A stretch of 64,000 nt of DNA from an uncultured Gammaproteobacteria bacterium (GCA_964641255.1 CAZXMM010000001.1:745890-809889), one strand, 5' to 3'; shown: positions 36,048 through 46,706, counted from the stretch's first letter. The notes: generated from the sequence alone by a model not told the origin. Program-made: numbers and translations.

Positions 36048-36527
36048 TTAGTAATTATAAAAATAGGTATCCAGAGCGATAGTTTGGCATTTACTGCGGT
36101 CCATCCAAGCGACTTTGGCACTCACTCTGATCTGGGCGCTACTAACTTGGGAGACTTGCACCGAGCGGTAAAATGGTGTGGCGGCGATGGCATAGCCAGT
36201 AGTACAAGAGCTGACACAACTGGCGGCCGCCGCCCCACACGAGCTTAGATAGCCGTCAGCGTAACAACCCCCGGCACAGACCTTGGCTAGAGTACTTTGA
36301 AAACGATTAGCTTGATAATAACCCCGCGCCTGCTCCAGGGCTTGCTCGGCGTAACTCGCCGCTTGGCTCCGTAGGGAAGCGCTGGTGCTGGCTGCCCCAA
36401 TTTGGATGGTGAGCCCCACAATGGCCACCCCGATGACCGAGAGAATGAGTAGTGCGATCACAGTCTCGATTAAAGAAATACCGGCAGTTAGGGGGTGGGT
36501 GGTTGCCATAAAATTACAAACTATCAA
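36048..36527 (-). CDS. Pseudopilin-like protein
   Basis: TAGISLIETVIALLILSVIG is a G/ISLIE prepilin motif. Confidence 0.55.
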   Translation of the reverse strand: MIVCNFMATTHPLTAGISLIETVIALLILSVIGVAIVGLTIQIGAASTSASLRSQAASYAEQALEQARGYYQANRFQSTLAKVCAGGCYADGYLSSCGAAAASCVSSCTTGYAIAATPFYRSVQVSQVSSAQIRVSAKVAWMDRSKCQTIALDTYFYNY

Positions 36528-37029
36528 TTCGTATCACTCTCATATTGTCACCACGAATTATCACTGACCGGGTAGTAGTCCCGTTCGTAACGGTGATCGT
36601 CAGATCACTCGCTGATAACACTCCTGCAGTGCAAGCAAAACCATTACTTCCAGTGCAACTGCCACAGAGGTTGGTGGGAGAACTAAAGCTAGTTAAATTA
36701 GGGTTAGCAAAACAAATCGTTCCACTACTGGGTGACAGAGTAACTCCCACCGGTAAATTCACAACCGTTCCGTCAGGCAGTTGATAAGATGTAGAGCTAA
36801 CTAGTGTTACCGCCCGCACCGATGAGCCGGCCGCGCCATTTTGCGCCTGGTTCTGGGCCGCCCGCAAACTACTCATTAGTTGGTTTTGGGCGTCAATCAC
36901 TAGCTGAGAGCGGTTAAAAGTCCCGAAGCCAAAAAAGGCAATGGTCGCGATAATACCAATCACCGCCATGACGATGATTAGTTCAATAGTGCTATAACCC
37001 CCACTAAAGTGAGCAGTTCTTGTGACCAT
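36514..37029 (-). CDS. Pseudopilin-like protein
   Basis: GGYSTIELIIVMAVIGIIA prepilin motif. Confidence 0.6.
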   Translation of the reverse strand: MVTRTAHFSGGYSTIELIIVMAVIGIIATIAFFGFGTFNRSQLVIDAQNQLMSSLRAAQNQAQNGAAGSSVRAVTLVSSTSYQLPDGTVVNLPVGVTLSPSSGTICFANPNLTSFSSPTNLCGSCTGSNGFACTAGVLSASDLTITVTNGTTTRSVIIRGDNMRVIRIDSL

Positions 37030-37757
37030 AGGGCAGCGATAAGAGTACCAACAATTAGAAACGGTCCTAAAGGAATTGTGGCAGAAAGCTTGGTCTTCTT
37101 CAAGAGAAGCAAGAGGGTAGCCACCAGTCCGCCACTGACAAACGCCACCCAGAGAGCCACTAAAATATTGGGCCAGCCTAGAAGGAGTCCCATCACCAAC
37201 GCCAATTTAACATCGCCCAGTCCCATACCCCTAAACCAAGTAATTAAGACGACAAGAAAGAACCCCAGCGAGGTGGCTAACCCGATTAGTAAATAAGCAG
37301 GAGAAATTGCTAGGCCAGCCAGGCCCGAGAGAATTAACATTTCGTCGGGAATTAAGCCGTAGTGTAAATCGGCAAAAAAGATGACGATAAAACTAAAAGC
37401 GATTAGGCAGAGTAGTAGGGAAGTCACAGCGGCCGTTGGGGTCAGGACAAAACACAGGACAAAGGACAAAGCTGTTAGCCCCTCAACTAGGGGGTAGTGC
37501 CAGCCAATTGGTCGGTGGCACCACCGGCATTTACCGCGCAACAGACAAAAGGAGAGCAGGGGGATATTATCTCGGGCCGCAATCTGTTTTTGGCATTTTG
37601 GACACAGACTGCGCCCCTGCCAAAATTTGGGAGCCTTAGGATCACAGAGTCTATAGATTAGAACGTTGGCAAAACTACCAAAAGCTAGCCCGATTATACC
37701 TATTAAAAGTAAAAAAAGTGGCCCTTCAGTCACCAGTCTATCATACCAAAATCCCAC
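36978..37757 (-). CDS. pilD: Prepilin peptidase (A24 family)
   Basis: GSFANVLIYRL...CPKCQ...IPLLSF zinc-binding box, multiple TM helices, DxxxG-like region. Confidence 0.85.
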   Translation of the reverse strand: MGFWYDRLVTEGPLFLLLIGIIGLAFGSFANVLIYRLCDPKAPKFWQGRSLCPKCQKQIAARDNIPLLSFCLLRGKCRWCHRPIGWHYPLVEGLTALSFVLCFVLTPTAAVTSLLLCLIAFSFIVIFFADLHYGLIPDEMLILSGLAGLAISPAYLLIGLATSLGFFLVVLITWFRGMGLGDVKLALVMGLLLGWPNILVALWVAFVSGGLVATLLLLLKKTKLSATIPLGPFLIVGTLIAALWSQELLTLVGVIALLN

Positions 37758-37798
37758 ACCTCCTGGTGTGGGATTTGTGTATCAACTCTGAAAAACAA

Positions 37799-38233
37799 CT
37801 ACTCAGCGACGCAATTGGGATCAGCAGTAGTGTTAGTGTTATAACCACCAGCGTTGGCGGTGGAAATTTTCCAAGTTGAGGCCGACGCTGAAGCCGTCTC
37901 CAGCTCTGCACAAATAGCGTAAGTGCCAGCGGCACTGTTAACGCTATAAGTATAGGCGCCCGCATCTTGCGGATCAACCGGAATTCTAGGAATGTATGTG
38001 GGGGCTAAGTCCGCTGTTACAGCAGGATAAGTCTGAGTCTCGGAATAATAAGCCTGAAGAGCTGTTCCCAAGGCGCGGACATCGGCTTTTCTCTTGGTAT
38101 CTCTCGTTTGGGCCTGTACCCGAGTGAACGAAATAACACCAATAGTTGCTAAAATAGCAATGACGGTGACCACAATCATCAGCTCTACCAGCGTAAATCC
38201 TTTTTTGTGATTTGATTTGATATAGTGTGTCAT
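37799..38233 (-). CDS. Type IV pilin (major-pilin-like), paralog 3
   Basis: KGFTLVELMIVVTVIAILATIG. Confidence 0.8.
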   Translation of the reverse strand: MTHYIKSNHKKGFTLVELMIVVTVIAILATIGVISFTRVQAQTRDTKRKADVRALGTALQAYYSETQTYPAVTADLAPTYIPRIPVDPQDAGAYTYSVNSAAGTYAICAELETASASASTWKISTANAGGYNTNTTADPNCVAE

Positions 38234-38259
38234 TTGTTCACCCCCTTTCCCTTTGACAA

Positions 38260-38757
38260 TTATTTTGGACCATCGAATGTATATAATTTTGTTTCGCCAC
38301 CTATAGTGATGGTGTAGGTATTGTTAGCGGCAGTGTAAGTATAAGTGTAGGCGACGTCACTGCCAGAGTAAGCTTTAATTCCAGTCACGGTGCCCACAGC
38401 GGAAGCGGCGGTAGAAACATTAGCCACTGTTCCACTGGGGTCAGTAAGCGCAGTGGCACCGTAACACCGCCCAAAAGTAACTGGGCTGCCAAGTGCCGGA
38501 TTATTACTGGTATTACCTCCCAGGTTGGTCCAATCAAAACTCGCGTTGCCCGGATAAGAACCCAGCTCGGCCTGAAAACACTCTAGGGCTGCTTGGAGCC
38601 CCTTCACAACTTGGGCCCGCTTAACGTCTCTTGCAGCTTTTTGGGCTTGACCAATACCCAAAAGAGCGAGGGTGGAGAGCACTCCAATCACCGTAATGAC
38701 AATCATGAGCTCAATGAGGGTAAAGCCGCGGTGCAGATTAAATCGGGCAGATTTCAT
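38260..38757 (-). CDS. Type IV pilin, paralog 2
   Basis: RGFTLIELMIVITVIGVLSTLA. Confidence 0.8.
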   Translation of the reverse strand: MKSARFNLHRGFTLIELMIVITVIGVLSTLALLGIGQAQKAARDVKRAQVVKGLQAALECFQAELGSYPGNASFDWTNLGGNTSNNPALGSPVTFGRCYGATALTDPSGTVANVSTAASAVGTVTGIKAYSGSDVAYTYTYTAANNTYTITIGGETKLYTFDGPK

Positions 38758-38803
38758 ATAACTTTAGTGTGGCGCCTTTTGACTACCCTGTCAAGAGGAC
38801 GGA

Positions 38804-39415
38804 TTAGTTAGGACTTTTGAAAATAACTGTACCCCCAGATTCTTTAGCTAAACAGAGCTCATAATCCTGCCCCGTGGCTGAGGAAGTTTTATAAGCATAA
38901 CCGGCGGGAATGGGACCGGTATCACTAAAGGATGCATAGTAATAGCTGCCATCTGGCCAACCACACGGATTGCTACTTCCCAACCACGCCGCTGTGCGCC
39001 AGTCTGTTCCTGGGTGATTAAAATAGTTCAACTCCAAACAAGTAGCGGCGTAAGCATTGGAAAAAATTTGCCCTTTGGACGGATCCTTGTACTGAGAAGC
39101 GTCAATATAGCCGCGGCCATGGAGTTGAGCAATCATAGTCGCGAACCCCGAATTACTGTTAACCCGCAGCGGATTACATCCCCCCACATTAACTGTGTCG
39201 CCAGATTTTGGGTAGTTTTTGGCATCGGCATAGTAACGTTCCAGCGCCCCTTGCAATCCGGTCATAAACTGAACGCGCTGGGTGTCCCTGGCTGAGGCTT
39301 GAAGTTTTCCTACTCCTACTAAGGCTAAAGTGGACAGTATGCCAATCACCAAAAGAACAATCATGATTTCAATGAGACTAAAACCCTTAGTTATGGCTAC
39401 TAAATTTTTCCTCAT
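38804..39415 (-). CDS. Type IV pilin, paralog 1
   Basis: KGFSLIEIMIVLLVIGILSTLA. Confidence 0.8.
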   Translation of the reverse strand: MRKNLVAITKGFSLIEIMIVLLVIGILSTLALVGVGKLQASARDTQRVQFMTGLQGALERYYADAKNYPKSGDTVNVGGCNPLRVNSNSGFATMIAQLHGRGYIDASQYKDPSKGQIFSNAYAATCLELNYFNHPGTDWRTAAWLGSSNPCGWPDGSYYYASFSDTGPIPAGYAYKTSSATGQDYELCLAKESGGTVIFKSPN

Positions 39416-39418
39416 ACT

Positions 39419-40630
39419 TTATTTAATCACATTTACCAAATTAAACATCGGTAGCAGTACAGCAATAGCCAGTCCTCCAACCATGCCGCCCATAAGAAGT
39501 ATCATTAGCGGCTCAAGCGCAGTGGTTAGCACCTTAACTTTGCGCTCACTGGATTCCTGATAAAACTTGGCTAGTCGGTCCAAACTATCATCCAGAGTCC
39601 CAGTTTCCTCGCCAATGGACATTAGCTGGGACACCATCAGGGGGAAGTGGGGATTGCGCCGAATTGCCAGAGATAGAGGCAGTCCCTTTTCCACGCTTTT
39701 AGAAGCGGTCACTACACCTTCGCGAAAATAGTTATTACCCATAGTGGCCGAGACGATTTTGAGAGAATCAATAATTGCTACCCCCGAGGAGAGTAGTGTC
39801 CCTAGGGTCCGAGCAAAAATTGTCAGGGCGACTTCTTCACTTAAGGGACCAAAAACAGGAAAGTGGAAAAAAGCGTTATTGATGAGCATGTCACTCATTG
39901 GGTTTTTTCGCAGCCCGCGGTAAATAATAAAGAGCAGGATAAGTAAGCCCACAACTACAAAAAGGTAATGGGTTAGTAGGTCTGACGCCCCAATTAGTAC
40001 TCTAGTCGGCAGCGGTAACTCCGCCCCAAATTGCGAATAGACGTCGGCAATTTTGGGAACAACGCTCGTCAACATAAAAAAACCAATCGCTCCCATAGCG
40101 ATCACCACAATCATGGGATAAATCATCGCTCCTTTAATTTTGCTTTTAAAATCAAGTTGGTTTTCCAGCGTATCAGCCAAGCGGGAAAGAGTCTCATCTA
40201 CTTTGCCCGAAGCCTCACCCGCTTTGATTAGACTGACATACAGGGTATTAAATACTAGGGGGTAGCGACTCATTGCATTAGATAGGGCGCTGCCTGACTG
40301 GACATCTCGCAGCAGTGAGCGCACCACTTCTTTGAAATGATTACTTTTGACCTGGAGAGCAAGATCAGCGAGGGCATCGGTAAGCGGCAGTCCGGTGGAC
40401 AGCATTGTCGCCAGTAACCTAGTAAAGGTAGCTACCTCTCGCTCAGACACCCCACTACCAAAAGAAAACGACAAGCTACGAAATTCAAAGCTTTTTTTTT
40501 CGGTAACTGTGATTACAAAATAACCGTGAGCCTGAAGAGCTTTCGCCGCTCCGGCTTCATTGACGTTCTCAATAGTACCTTTAACGATGGCTCCGGACTT
40601 GTCTTGGACTTTATATAGATACTGCTTCAT
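39419..40630 (-). CDS. pilC: Type IV pilus inner-membrane platform protein PilC (GspF family)
   Basis: Two GspF repeats, 403 aa, 3 TM helices. Confidence 0.85.
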   Translation of the reverse strand: MKQYLYKVQDKSGAIVKGTIENVNEAGAAKALQAHGYFVITVTEKKSFEFRSLSFSFGSGVSEREVATFTRLLATMLSTGLPLTDALADLALQVKSNHFKEVVRSLLRDVQSGSALSNAMSRYPLVFNTLYVSLIKAGEASGKVDETLSRLADTLENQLDFKSKIKGAMIYPMIVVIAMGAIGFFMLTSVVPKIADVYSQFGAELPLPTRVLIGASDLLTHYLFVVVGLLILLFIIYRGLRKNPMSDMLINNAFFHFPVFGPLSEEVALTIFARTLGTLLSSGVAIIDSLKIVSATMGNNYFREGVVTASKSVEKGLPLSLAIRRNPHFPLMVSQLMSIGEETGTLDDSLDRLAKFYQESSERKVKVLTTALEPLMILLMGGMVGGLAIAVLLPMFNLVNVIK

Positions 40631-40649
40631 AGTAGGGGAGGCGTCTTGG

Positions 40650-41702
40650 CTACATTTTATCGATCAACCGACTGACATCTTCAGTATTGGTAGCGTAGTC
40701 CATCGCAGTTTCCCGAGTAATTTTGCCACCCTTGACTAAAGAGGCCAGAGACATATCCATGGTTAACATCCCCAGCTCTCCCGACGTCTGAATGACATTG
40801 TCAATCATGTGGGTCTTGCCTTCCCGAATAATCGATCTCACCCCCGAAGTGGCGATTAAGATTTCTGTGCCCGGAACTCGGCCACCACCCAAAGCTGGTA
40901 ACAGTCTTTGGGAAATTATGGCTTCCAAAACATTGGAGAGCTGGAGTCTGACCTGGGCTTGTTGGAAATCCGGAAACACGTCAACCATCCGGTCAATGGA
41001 CTGAGCAGCAGAATTAGTATGAAGAGTGGCAAACACCAAATGGCCGGTTTCAGCAATGGTAATAGCGGCGGCAATTGTTTCAAAATCACGCATTTCCCCC
41101 ACCAACACGACGTTGGGGTCTTCCCGCAGCGCCGCCCGCAGAGAATTGTTCCAAGACAAAGTGTCGAATCCTACTTCCCGCTGGGACACTAGCGCCTTGC
41201 CTTGGGAATAAATGTACTCAATTGGGTCTTCAATAGTTAAAATATGGCCACCCTGTTGCTGGTTGATCTCTTCGATAATGGCCGCTAGGGTTGTCGATTT
41301 ACCGTGTCCGGTCGGGCCGGTGACTAGAATAAATCCCTGTCTTAAGGTCGTAAAACTGTGGCAGATTTTGGGCAAATTGAGTTCATCAATAGTACGAATT
41401 TTCAGGGGGATAAGCCGAAAGGCGAGGGCTTCAGATCCTTTTTGGAAATAGGCGTTGACCCGGAAACGACTCCTCCCATGAGAGTAGCCAAAATCTAATT
41501 CTTTATTGCGCTCCAGAGCCGTTTTTTGGTCCGCTGAGATCAGGGGAGCTAGAAGAGCAGTGATATCTTCCCCGGTTAAAATATTGTCGGCAACTTTGAT
41601 TAGGGTGCCGTCTATTCGAATAGTCGGACTGTAACCTGCCACCAAATGGAGGTCAGAGGCATTTCTAGCAATAGTCGTCTCTAGTAATTCTTGGATGGAC
41701 AT
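40650..41702 (-). CDS. pilT: Twitching-motility retraction ATPase PilT
   Basis: ASDLHLVAGYSPTIRIDG, Walker A GPTGHGKSTT, 350 aa. Confidence 0.9.
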   Translation of the reverse strand: MSIQELLETTIARNASDLHLVAGYSPTIRIDGTLIKVADNILTGEDITALLAPLISADQKTALERNKELDFGYSHGRSRFRVNAYFQKGSEALAFRLIPLKIRTIDELNLPKICHSFTTLRQGFILVTGPTGHGKSTTLAAIIEEINQQQGGHILTIEDPIEYIYSQGKALVSQREVGFDTLSWNNSLRAALREDPNVVLVGEMRDFETIAAAITIAETGHLVFATLHTNSAAQSIDRMVDVFPDFQQAQVRLQLSNVLEAIISQRLLPALGGGRVPGTEILIATSGVRSIIREGKTHMIDNVIQTSGELGMLTMDMSLASLVKGGKITRETAMDYATNTEDVSRLIDKM

Positions 41703-41705
41703 AAC

Positions 41706-43448
41706 TTAATCTTGCGCTACTCGAATAACTTCCTCAATAGTGGTTACACCTTCCAGCGCTTTTAAATAACCGTCTTGTTTCATGGTCAACATACCCTCTT
41801 CCACCGCCCGCTTTTCAATATCACTAGCGGAAGCGTGACTAAGAATGAGTTTGGCAATCGCGTCACTGATTGGTAACACCTCATAAATTCCCACCCGGGT
41901 TAAAAATCCGCTGCTGCCACATTCGCCGCAACCTTTACCTCGGTAGAGCAGTATCTTGCCATCTTTCTCCTTATCACTGGGGAAATATTTGCCCAGCACG
42001 TTCTTAATATCCGCTACCATTAGAGCCGGTGGCTCAAACGATTCTCGACAGTGGGGACAGATTTTTCGCAAAATTCTCTGCCCGAGAACCGCATTAAGTG
42101 ACGAGGCGAGAAGAAACGGTTCTGCTCCCAAATCCAAAAACCGAGGGATCGATCCGGAAGCATTACTAGTGTGCAGTGTCGAAAAAACTAAGTGACCAGT
42201 TAAAGCCGCTTGAATGGCCAGGTCGGTAGTCTCACGATCCCGGATTTCGCCGACCAAAATTACGTTGGGATCCTGCCGTAAAAAGGACCGTAGGGCCGCA
42301 GCAAAAGTTAGTCCCGCCGCCGGATTGACTTGCACCTGGTTGACACCAGGAATTTGGTACTCTACCGGGTCTTCGATAGTGACCGTGTTAACCCGCACCG
42401 AACTGGTTTTTGATAGTACCGAGTAGAGGGTGGTGGTTTTTCCTGAGCCGGTCGGACCACAAACAACAATGATCCCGTGGGGACGAAGAATCGCCATTTC
42501 TAAATTTTTGAGAGCTAAACCCCGAAGTCCCAAATCAGTAAAGGTGGGGACAGCTCCACTTTTGCGCAACAACCGAAGAACTACCTTTTCGCCATGAACG
42601 GTTGGGAGAGTCGAAACCCGGATATCAATTTCTCCGTTACCGTCCTCAGACTTAAAATTAAACCGGCCGTCTTGGGGGATCCGCTTTTCGTCAATTTTTA
42701 ACCCAGAAAGAATTTTAACCCGAGAAACCAGCGCGTCGTGAATCGCGGCTGGTAAAATCAGCTTCTCTTGCAAAATACCGTCGATTCGGTAGCGGATCCG
42801 AGTATGATCTTCTAGTGGTTCGATATGAATATCTGATACCCGTGCCTTAAGAGCAAAATCCAAAATTGAGCTGACAATTTTAGCTACCGGTGCATCACGA
42901 ATAATATCTGATCTAGCCAGTTCGGCGTTTTCTGCCTGCTTACTAATGGGTGAGTCCTTGAGAGCATCCCTAACTTCGGAAGTAAGATTTTGAGTCGTGT
43001 GAGTAGAAATCACCGCTTTGATAGCATCGAGTGGTGCCAAATACGGACGAATTTTTTTACCGGTCTTACGTTCCAGGAAAGTTATCGCCGTTAAGTCCAG
43101 TGGATCGACCATAGCCATAGATAGTGTGTTACTGCCCTGATCAAAAGCAAACGGTACCGCCTGGTACTCTTCCATGACGGTTTGGGACACAAGACTGTAG
43201 ACTTCCGGAGAAATAAGATGGGTCGAGAGGTCAAAGGTGGGTACCCCAAGAATAGCCGCTCTGGCTGCCAGTATCTCGTGCGCAGTAGCAAACCCTCGCT
43301 CTTGCAAGATCGCCTCCACGCTTTTGCCGGTATTGTCGTGCTCCAGTTTGACCAAATTTTTTTGGTCTTCAGTGATAATTTTATTGACCAGCAAAATATC
43401 CTCAATCGAACCAAGTGCTGGAGATGATTGGGCTTGGGCAGAATCCAT
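41706..43448 (-). CDS. pilB: Type IV pilus assembly ATPase PilB (GspE family)
   Basis: N-terminal GSPII-like domain, Walker A GPTGSGKTTT, tetracysteine CPHC...CGEC. Confidence 0.9.
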   Translation of the reverse strand: MDSAQAQSSPALGSIEDILLVNKIITEDQKNLVKLEHDNTGKSVEAILQERGFATAHEILAARAAILGVPTFDLSTHLISPEVYSLVSQTVMEEYQAVPFAFDQGSNTLSMAMVDPLDLTAITFLERKTGKKIRPYLAPLDAIKAVISTHTTQNLTSEVRDALKDSPISKQAENAELARSDIIRDAPVAKIVSSILDFALKARVSDIHIEPLEDHTRIRYRIDGILQEKLILPAAIHDALVSRVKILSGLKIDEKRIPQDGRFNFKSEDGNGEIDIRVSTLPTVHGEKVVLRLLRKSGAVPTFTDLGLRGLALKNLEMAILRPHGIIVVCGPTGSGKTTTLYSVLSKTSSVRVNTVTIEDPVEYQIPGVNQVQVNPAAGLTFAAALRSFLRQDPNVILVGEIRDRETTDLAIQAALTGHLVFSTLHTSNASGSIPRFLDLGAEPFLLASSLNAVLGQRILRKICPHCRESFEPPALMVADIKNVLGKYFPSDKEKDGKILLYRGKGCGECGSSGFLTRVGIYEVLPISDAIAKLILSHASASDIEKRAVEEGMLTMKQDGYLKALEGVTTIEEVIRVAQD

Positions 43449-43504
43449 TTGCTATAACTGTATACTAATACTAGCTTACTTTGCAATGTTATTATTAGTC
43501 GCTT

Positions 43505-44200
43505 ATGCAGTGTGGTAGTTTTATAGTTACCGGTGCTACTGCCGACCAACAAGAAGCCTGGGTCGCTCGGCTGATTGCTAAGGAACCAAATTCCAGCGAG
43601 GGCCAACAAATAGTGGCTAGTGCTGATGTGCTCGTTGTCAAGGCACTAGACGGGGAGGGTAGCATTAAGATTGAGACTATTCGTCAAGCTCAACACTGGC
43701 TCATGTCAACGCCCTTAAATCGCAGCGAAAAAATAATGATTATTCCCAAGGCTCAAGAATTAACCGAGGAAGCCCAAAACGCCCTACTAAAAACCCTCGA
43801 GGAACCCCCCACCCAGGCCGCGATCTTCTTATGTATCCCCCACCCGGAACTACTTCTTCCCACCGTTATTTCTCGGTGCCAAGAAATTACTCTATCTGGC
43901 CCCAGCCAAACCGATTTAAGTACAATAGAAATTACTGAGATTGAGGAAGCTCTAAAACAGTGGAGCCACGGCGGGCTAGGGGAAAAGTGGCAACTGGCCG
44001 CCGCTTTGGGAAAGTCCCAAGTTAGCGCCAGTGAATTTTTAGATAGACTCCAGATCTACCTGCACGGCAAACTAATTGAACCTCAGGGAGGAAGTAAATT
44101 GCTTGCCCAACAGTTAGACTCGGTCTTTAGGGCCAGTAGCTATCTCAAACAAAATGCTAACGCTCGCCTCGTCATAGAAAACCTTTTTTTGTTCTGGTAG
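43505..44200 (+). CDS. holB: DNA polymerase III delta-prime subunit-like
   Basis: QNALLKTLEEPP is a clamp-loader signature; 231 aa. Confidence 0.7.
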   Translation: MQCGSFIVTGATADQQEAWVARLIAKEPNSSEGQQIVASADVLVVKALDGEGSIKIETIRQAQHWLMSTPLNRSEKIMIIPKAQELTEEAQNALLKTLEEPPTQAAIFLCIPHPELLLPTVISRCQEITLSGPSQTDLSTIEITEIEEALKQWSHGGLGEKWQLAAALGKSQVSASEFLDRLQIYLHGKLIEPQGGSKLLAQQLDSVFRASSYLKQNANARLVIENLFLFW

Positions 44201-44213
44201 AATGACCATCGTT

Positions 44214-46133
44214 ATGCCAAAGAATGACGACCAATATACCGCTGAAAATATCCAAGTCCTAGAAGGGTTGGAACCAGTCCGCAAGCGCCCCGGAATGTAT
44301 ATTGGCTCAACTGATGAGAAGGGATTAAACCAGCTGTTTAAGGAAATCGTCGACAATAGCGTGGACGAGGCTCTCGCCGGTTATGGCAAAAAAATCTTCG
44401 TTACTGTCAATAAAGATGGTTCACTAACTGTCAAAGACGAAGGCCGGGGAATTCCCACCGGTATTAATCCCAAACATAAACTTTCGGGAGTAGAGCTAGC
44501 AATGACCAGACTGCACGCTGGCGGGAAGTTTGACGCCCATGCCTATAAGACTTCAGGCGGGCTGCACGGGGTAGGAGCCGCTGCAACCAACGCGCTTTCC
44601 GTCTGGATGGTTGTGGAAGTGGACCAGAATGGCAAAAAATTCCGCCAGAGCTACAAAATGGGTGTCCCTGACGGCCCCCTTAAAGAAGTTGGGAAAGCAA
44701 ATGGAACCGGAACTACCAGTACCTTCCTTCCTGACCCAGAAATCTTTTCCACGGTGGATTGGAACTTTAAAACGATTAAAGAGGAACTGCGTAATTGGGC
44801 TTATCTGGTACCAAAACTACTATTCTCCCTTAAGGACGAGCGCACCGGTGAGGAGTATCACTTTTATTTTGAGGGAGGAATCAAGTCTCTCGTGGCTCAC
44901 TTAAACGCCAACAAGCAGACGATTTCCGATATTTTTTATGTCAGTAAAGACGTCGAAACCCCGGTGTCTCCAGTAACAATTGAAGTAGCCATGCAGTATA
45001 ACGGCGACTTTGGCGAACGGCTGCGCTCCTTTGTCAATATTATTGACACTCCCGATGGGGGCTCCCACGTTGCTGGTTTTCGCTCGGCCCTAACCCGGTC
45101 AGTTAATGATTACGGCAAAAAAATTGGCGCCATTAAGGACAATCAGGAAAGCTTTATTGGTGACGACCTCCGGGAAGGCCTAACCGCCGTCGTTTATATC
45201 AAAATGTCAGCCGACCGACTCCAGTTTGAGTCACAAACCAAAACTAAACTTAATAACGCTGAGATCCAACCGGCTGTAAACTCAGTTGTTAAAGAAGCAC
45301 TGGATGCCTATTTTGAAGAGAATCCCAGGGAAGGCCGGGCAATTCTAGAAAAAGTGTTTTTGGCGGCCAAAGCCCGGTTAGCCGCGAGGGCAGCCAAGGA
45401 CGCTGTCATCCGTAAGGGCGCCCTGGAAGGCTCAACTCTTCCCGGCAAACTGTCCGATTGCCAATCTCGCGACCCTGCCGAAAGCGAAATTTTTATCGTT
45501 GAGGGCGATAGTGCCGGAGGCTCAGCCAAGCAAGGTAGAGATAGAAAATTTCAGGCGATTTTACCGCTGTTTGGTAAACCCCTGAACACGGAGCGGGCCA
45601 GGATTGATCAGATAATAAACTATGACAATTTTAAGTCCCTGATTATTGCCCTGGGAACGGGGATCGCTGATCAGTTTAACATCAGCAAGCTCCGTTATCA
45701 CCGCATTATCATTATGGCTGATGCTGACGTGGACGGCCGCCATATTTGTACCATCCACCTCACTTTTTTGTACCGCCACTTAACCGAGCTTGTCACTGGT
45801 GGTTATGTCTATATTGCTATGCCACCTCTTTATAAGTTGGAGTGGGGTAAAGGTAATAAAAAATACGTCTATACTGACGAAGAGAAAGACGCCGCCCTCA
45901 AGGAGATTGGTGAAGTTAAGACTAACGTACAACGTTACAAGGGCCTTGGCGAAATGAACGCCGAGGAACTCTGGGAAACTACACTCAATCCCAAAAATCG
46001 ATTTTTAAAGAGGGTGACTGTAGAAGATAGCGAAAAAGCCAACGAGACTTTTATTATGCTCATGGGAGACGAAGTACCACCAAGAAGAAAGTTTATTCAG
46101 ACTCACGCCAAGACAGCGACGCTAGATATTTAA
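44214..46133 (+). CDS. gyrB: DNA gyrase subunit B
   Basis: VLEGLEPVRKRPGMYIGST, GHKL ATPase, TOPRIM EGDSAGG. Start set at the second ATG (44214); the track ORF begins at 44202. Confidence 0.95.
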   Translation: MPKNDDQYTAENIQVLEGLEPVRKRPGMYIGSTDEKGLNQLFKEIVDNSVDEALAGYGKKIFVTVNKDGSLTVKDEGRGIPTGINPKHKLSGVELAMTRLHAGGKFDAHAYKTSGGLHGVGAAATNALSVWMVVEVDQNGKKFRQSYKMGVPDGPLKEVGKANGTGTTSTFLPDPEIFSTVDWNFKTIKEELRNWAYLVPKLLFSLKDERTGEEYHFYFEGGIKSLVAHLNANKQTISDIFYVSKDVETPVSPVTIEVAMQYNGDFGERLRSFVNIIDTPDGGSHVAGFRSALTRSVNDYGKKIGAIKDNQESFIGDDLREGLTAVVYIKMSADRLQFESQTKTKLNNAEIQPAVNSVVKEALDAYFEENPREGRAILEKVFLAAKARLAARAAKDAVIRKGALEGSTLPGKLSDCQSRDPAESEIFIVEGDSAGGSAKQGRDRKFQAILPLFGKPLNTERARIDQIINYDNFKSLIIALGTGIADQFNISKLRYHRIIIMADADVDGRHICTIHLTFLYRHLTELVTGGYVYIAMPPLYKLEWGKGNKKYVYTDEEKDAALKEIGEVKTNVQRYKGLGEMNAEELWETTLNPKNRFLKRVTVEDSEKANETFIMLMGDEVPPRRKFIQTHAKTATLDI

Positions 46134-46157
46134 TTTTTAATTATTTATTTTTAATTT

Positions 46158-46694
46158 ATGAATTTATTGCACGACATCCCCGCGGGCGACCCCAATAAAC
46201 TGGTTAATGTGGTAGTGGAGATTCCCATTGGCAGTAGAATTAAGTACGAATACAATAAGGAGCTGGAAACTATTGCCGCCGACCGCTTCCTCTATACCGC
46301 GTTTACTTATCCTTTTAACTACGGCTTTGTGCCCCAAACCTGGAGTGAAGATGAGGACGCTCTCGACATGGTCGTAATTGCCAGTGAACCGGTAGCTACC
46401 GGAGTGGTGATTGAATGCCGCGTCATTGGCGGGCTGCAAACTGAGGATGAAGAGGGCAACGACGCCAAACTCATTGCCGTCCCTAAGGGCAAAATCGACC
46501 CAATGTTCGCTAAAGTAGACACCCTCAACGACGTCCCCGAGGCTTGGAAGAATAAAATTAAGCATTTCTATGAGAACTATAAAAGTATCGAGCCGGGCAA
46601 GTGGGTAAAAGTAACTGATTGGATGAGTAAAGAAGACGCCGTCAAAACTGTTGAAGAGTGCGTGGTAAGGTACAAAAAAGAAGTTAACCACTAA
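46158..46694 (+). CDS. ppa: Inorganic pyrophosphatase (family I)
   Basis: VVVEIPIGSRIKYEY and DEDALDMVV (DxDPxD-like). Confidence 0.9.
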   Translation: MNLLHDIPAGDPNKLVNVVVEIPIGSRIKYEYNKELETIAADRFLYTAFTYPFNYGFVPQTWSEDEDALDMVVIASEPVATGVVIECRVIGGLQTEDEEGNDAKLIAVPKGKIDPMFAKVDTLNDVPEAWKNKIKHFYENYKSIEPGKWVKVTDWMSKEDAVKTVEECVVRYKKEVNH

Positions 46695-46706
46695 GCTTAT
46701 CTGACT

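Noticed and set aside
46164-46691. 175-aa minus-strand ORF antisense to ppa
   Set aside because: It completely overlaps the well-supported inorganic pyrophosphatase gene; shadow ORF.
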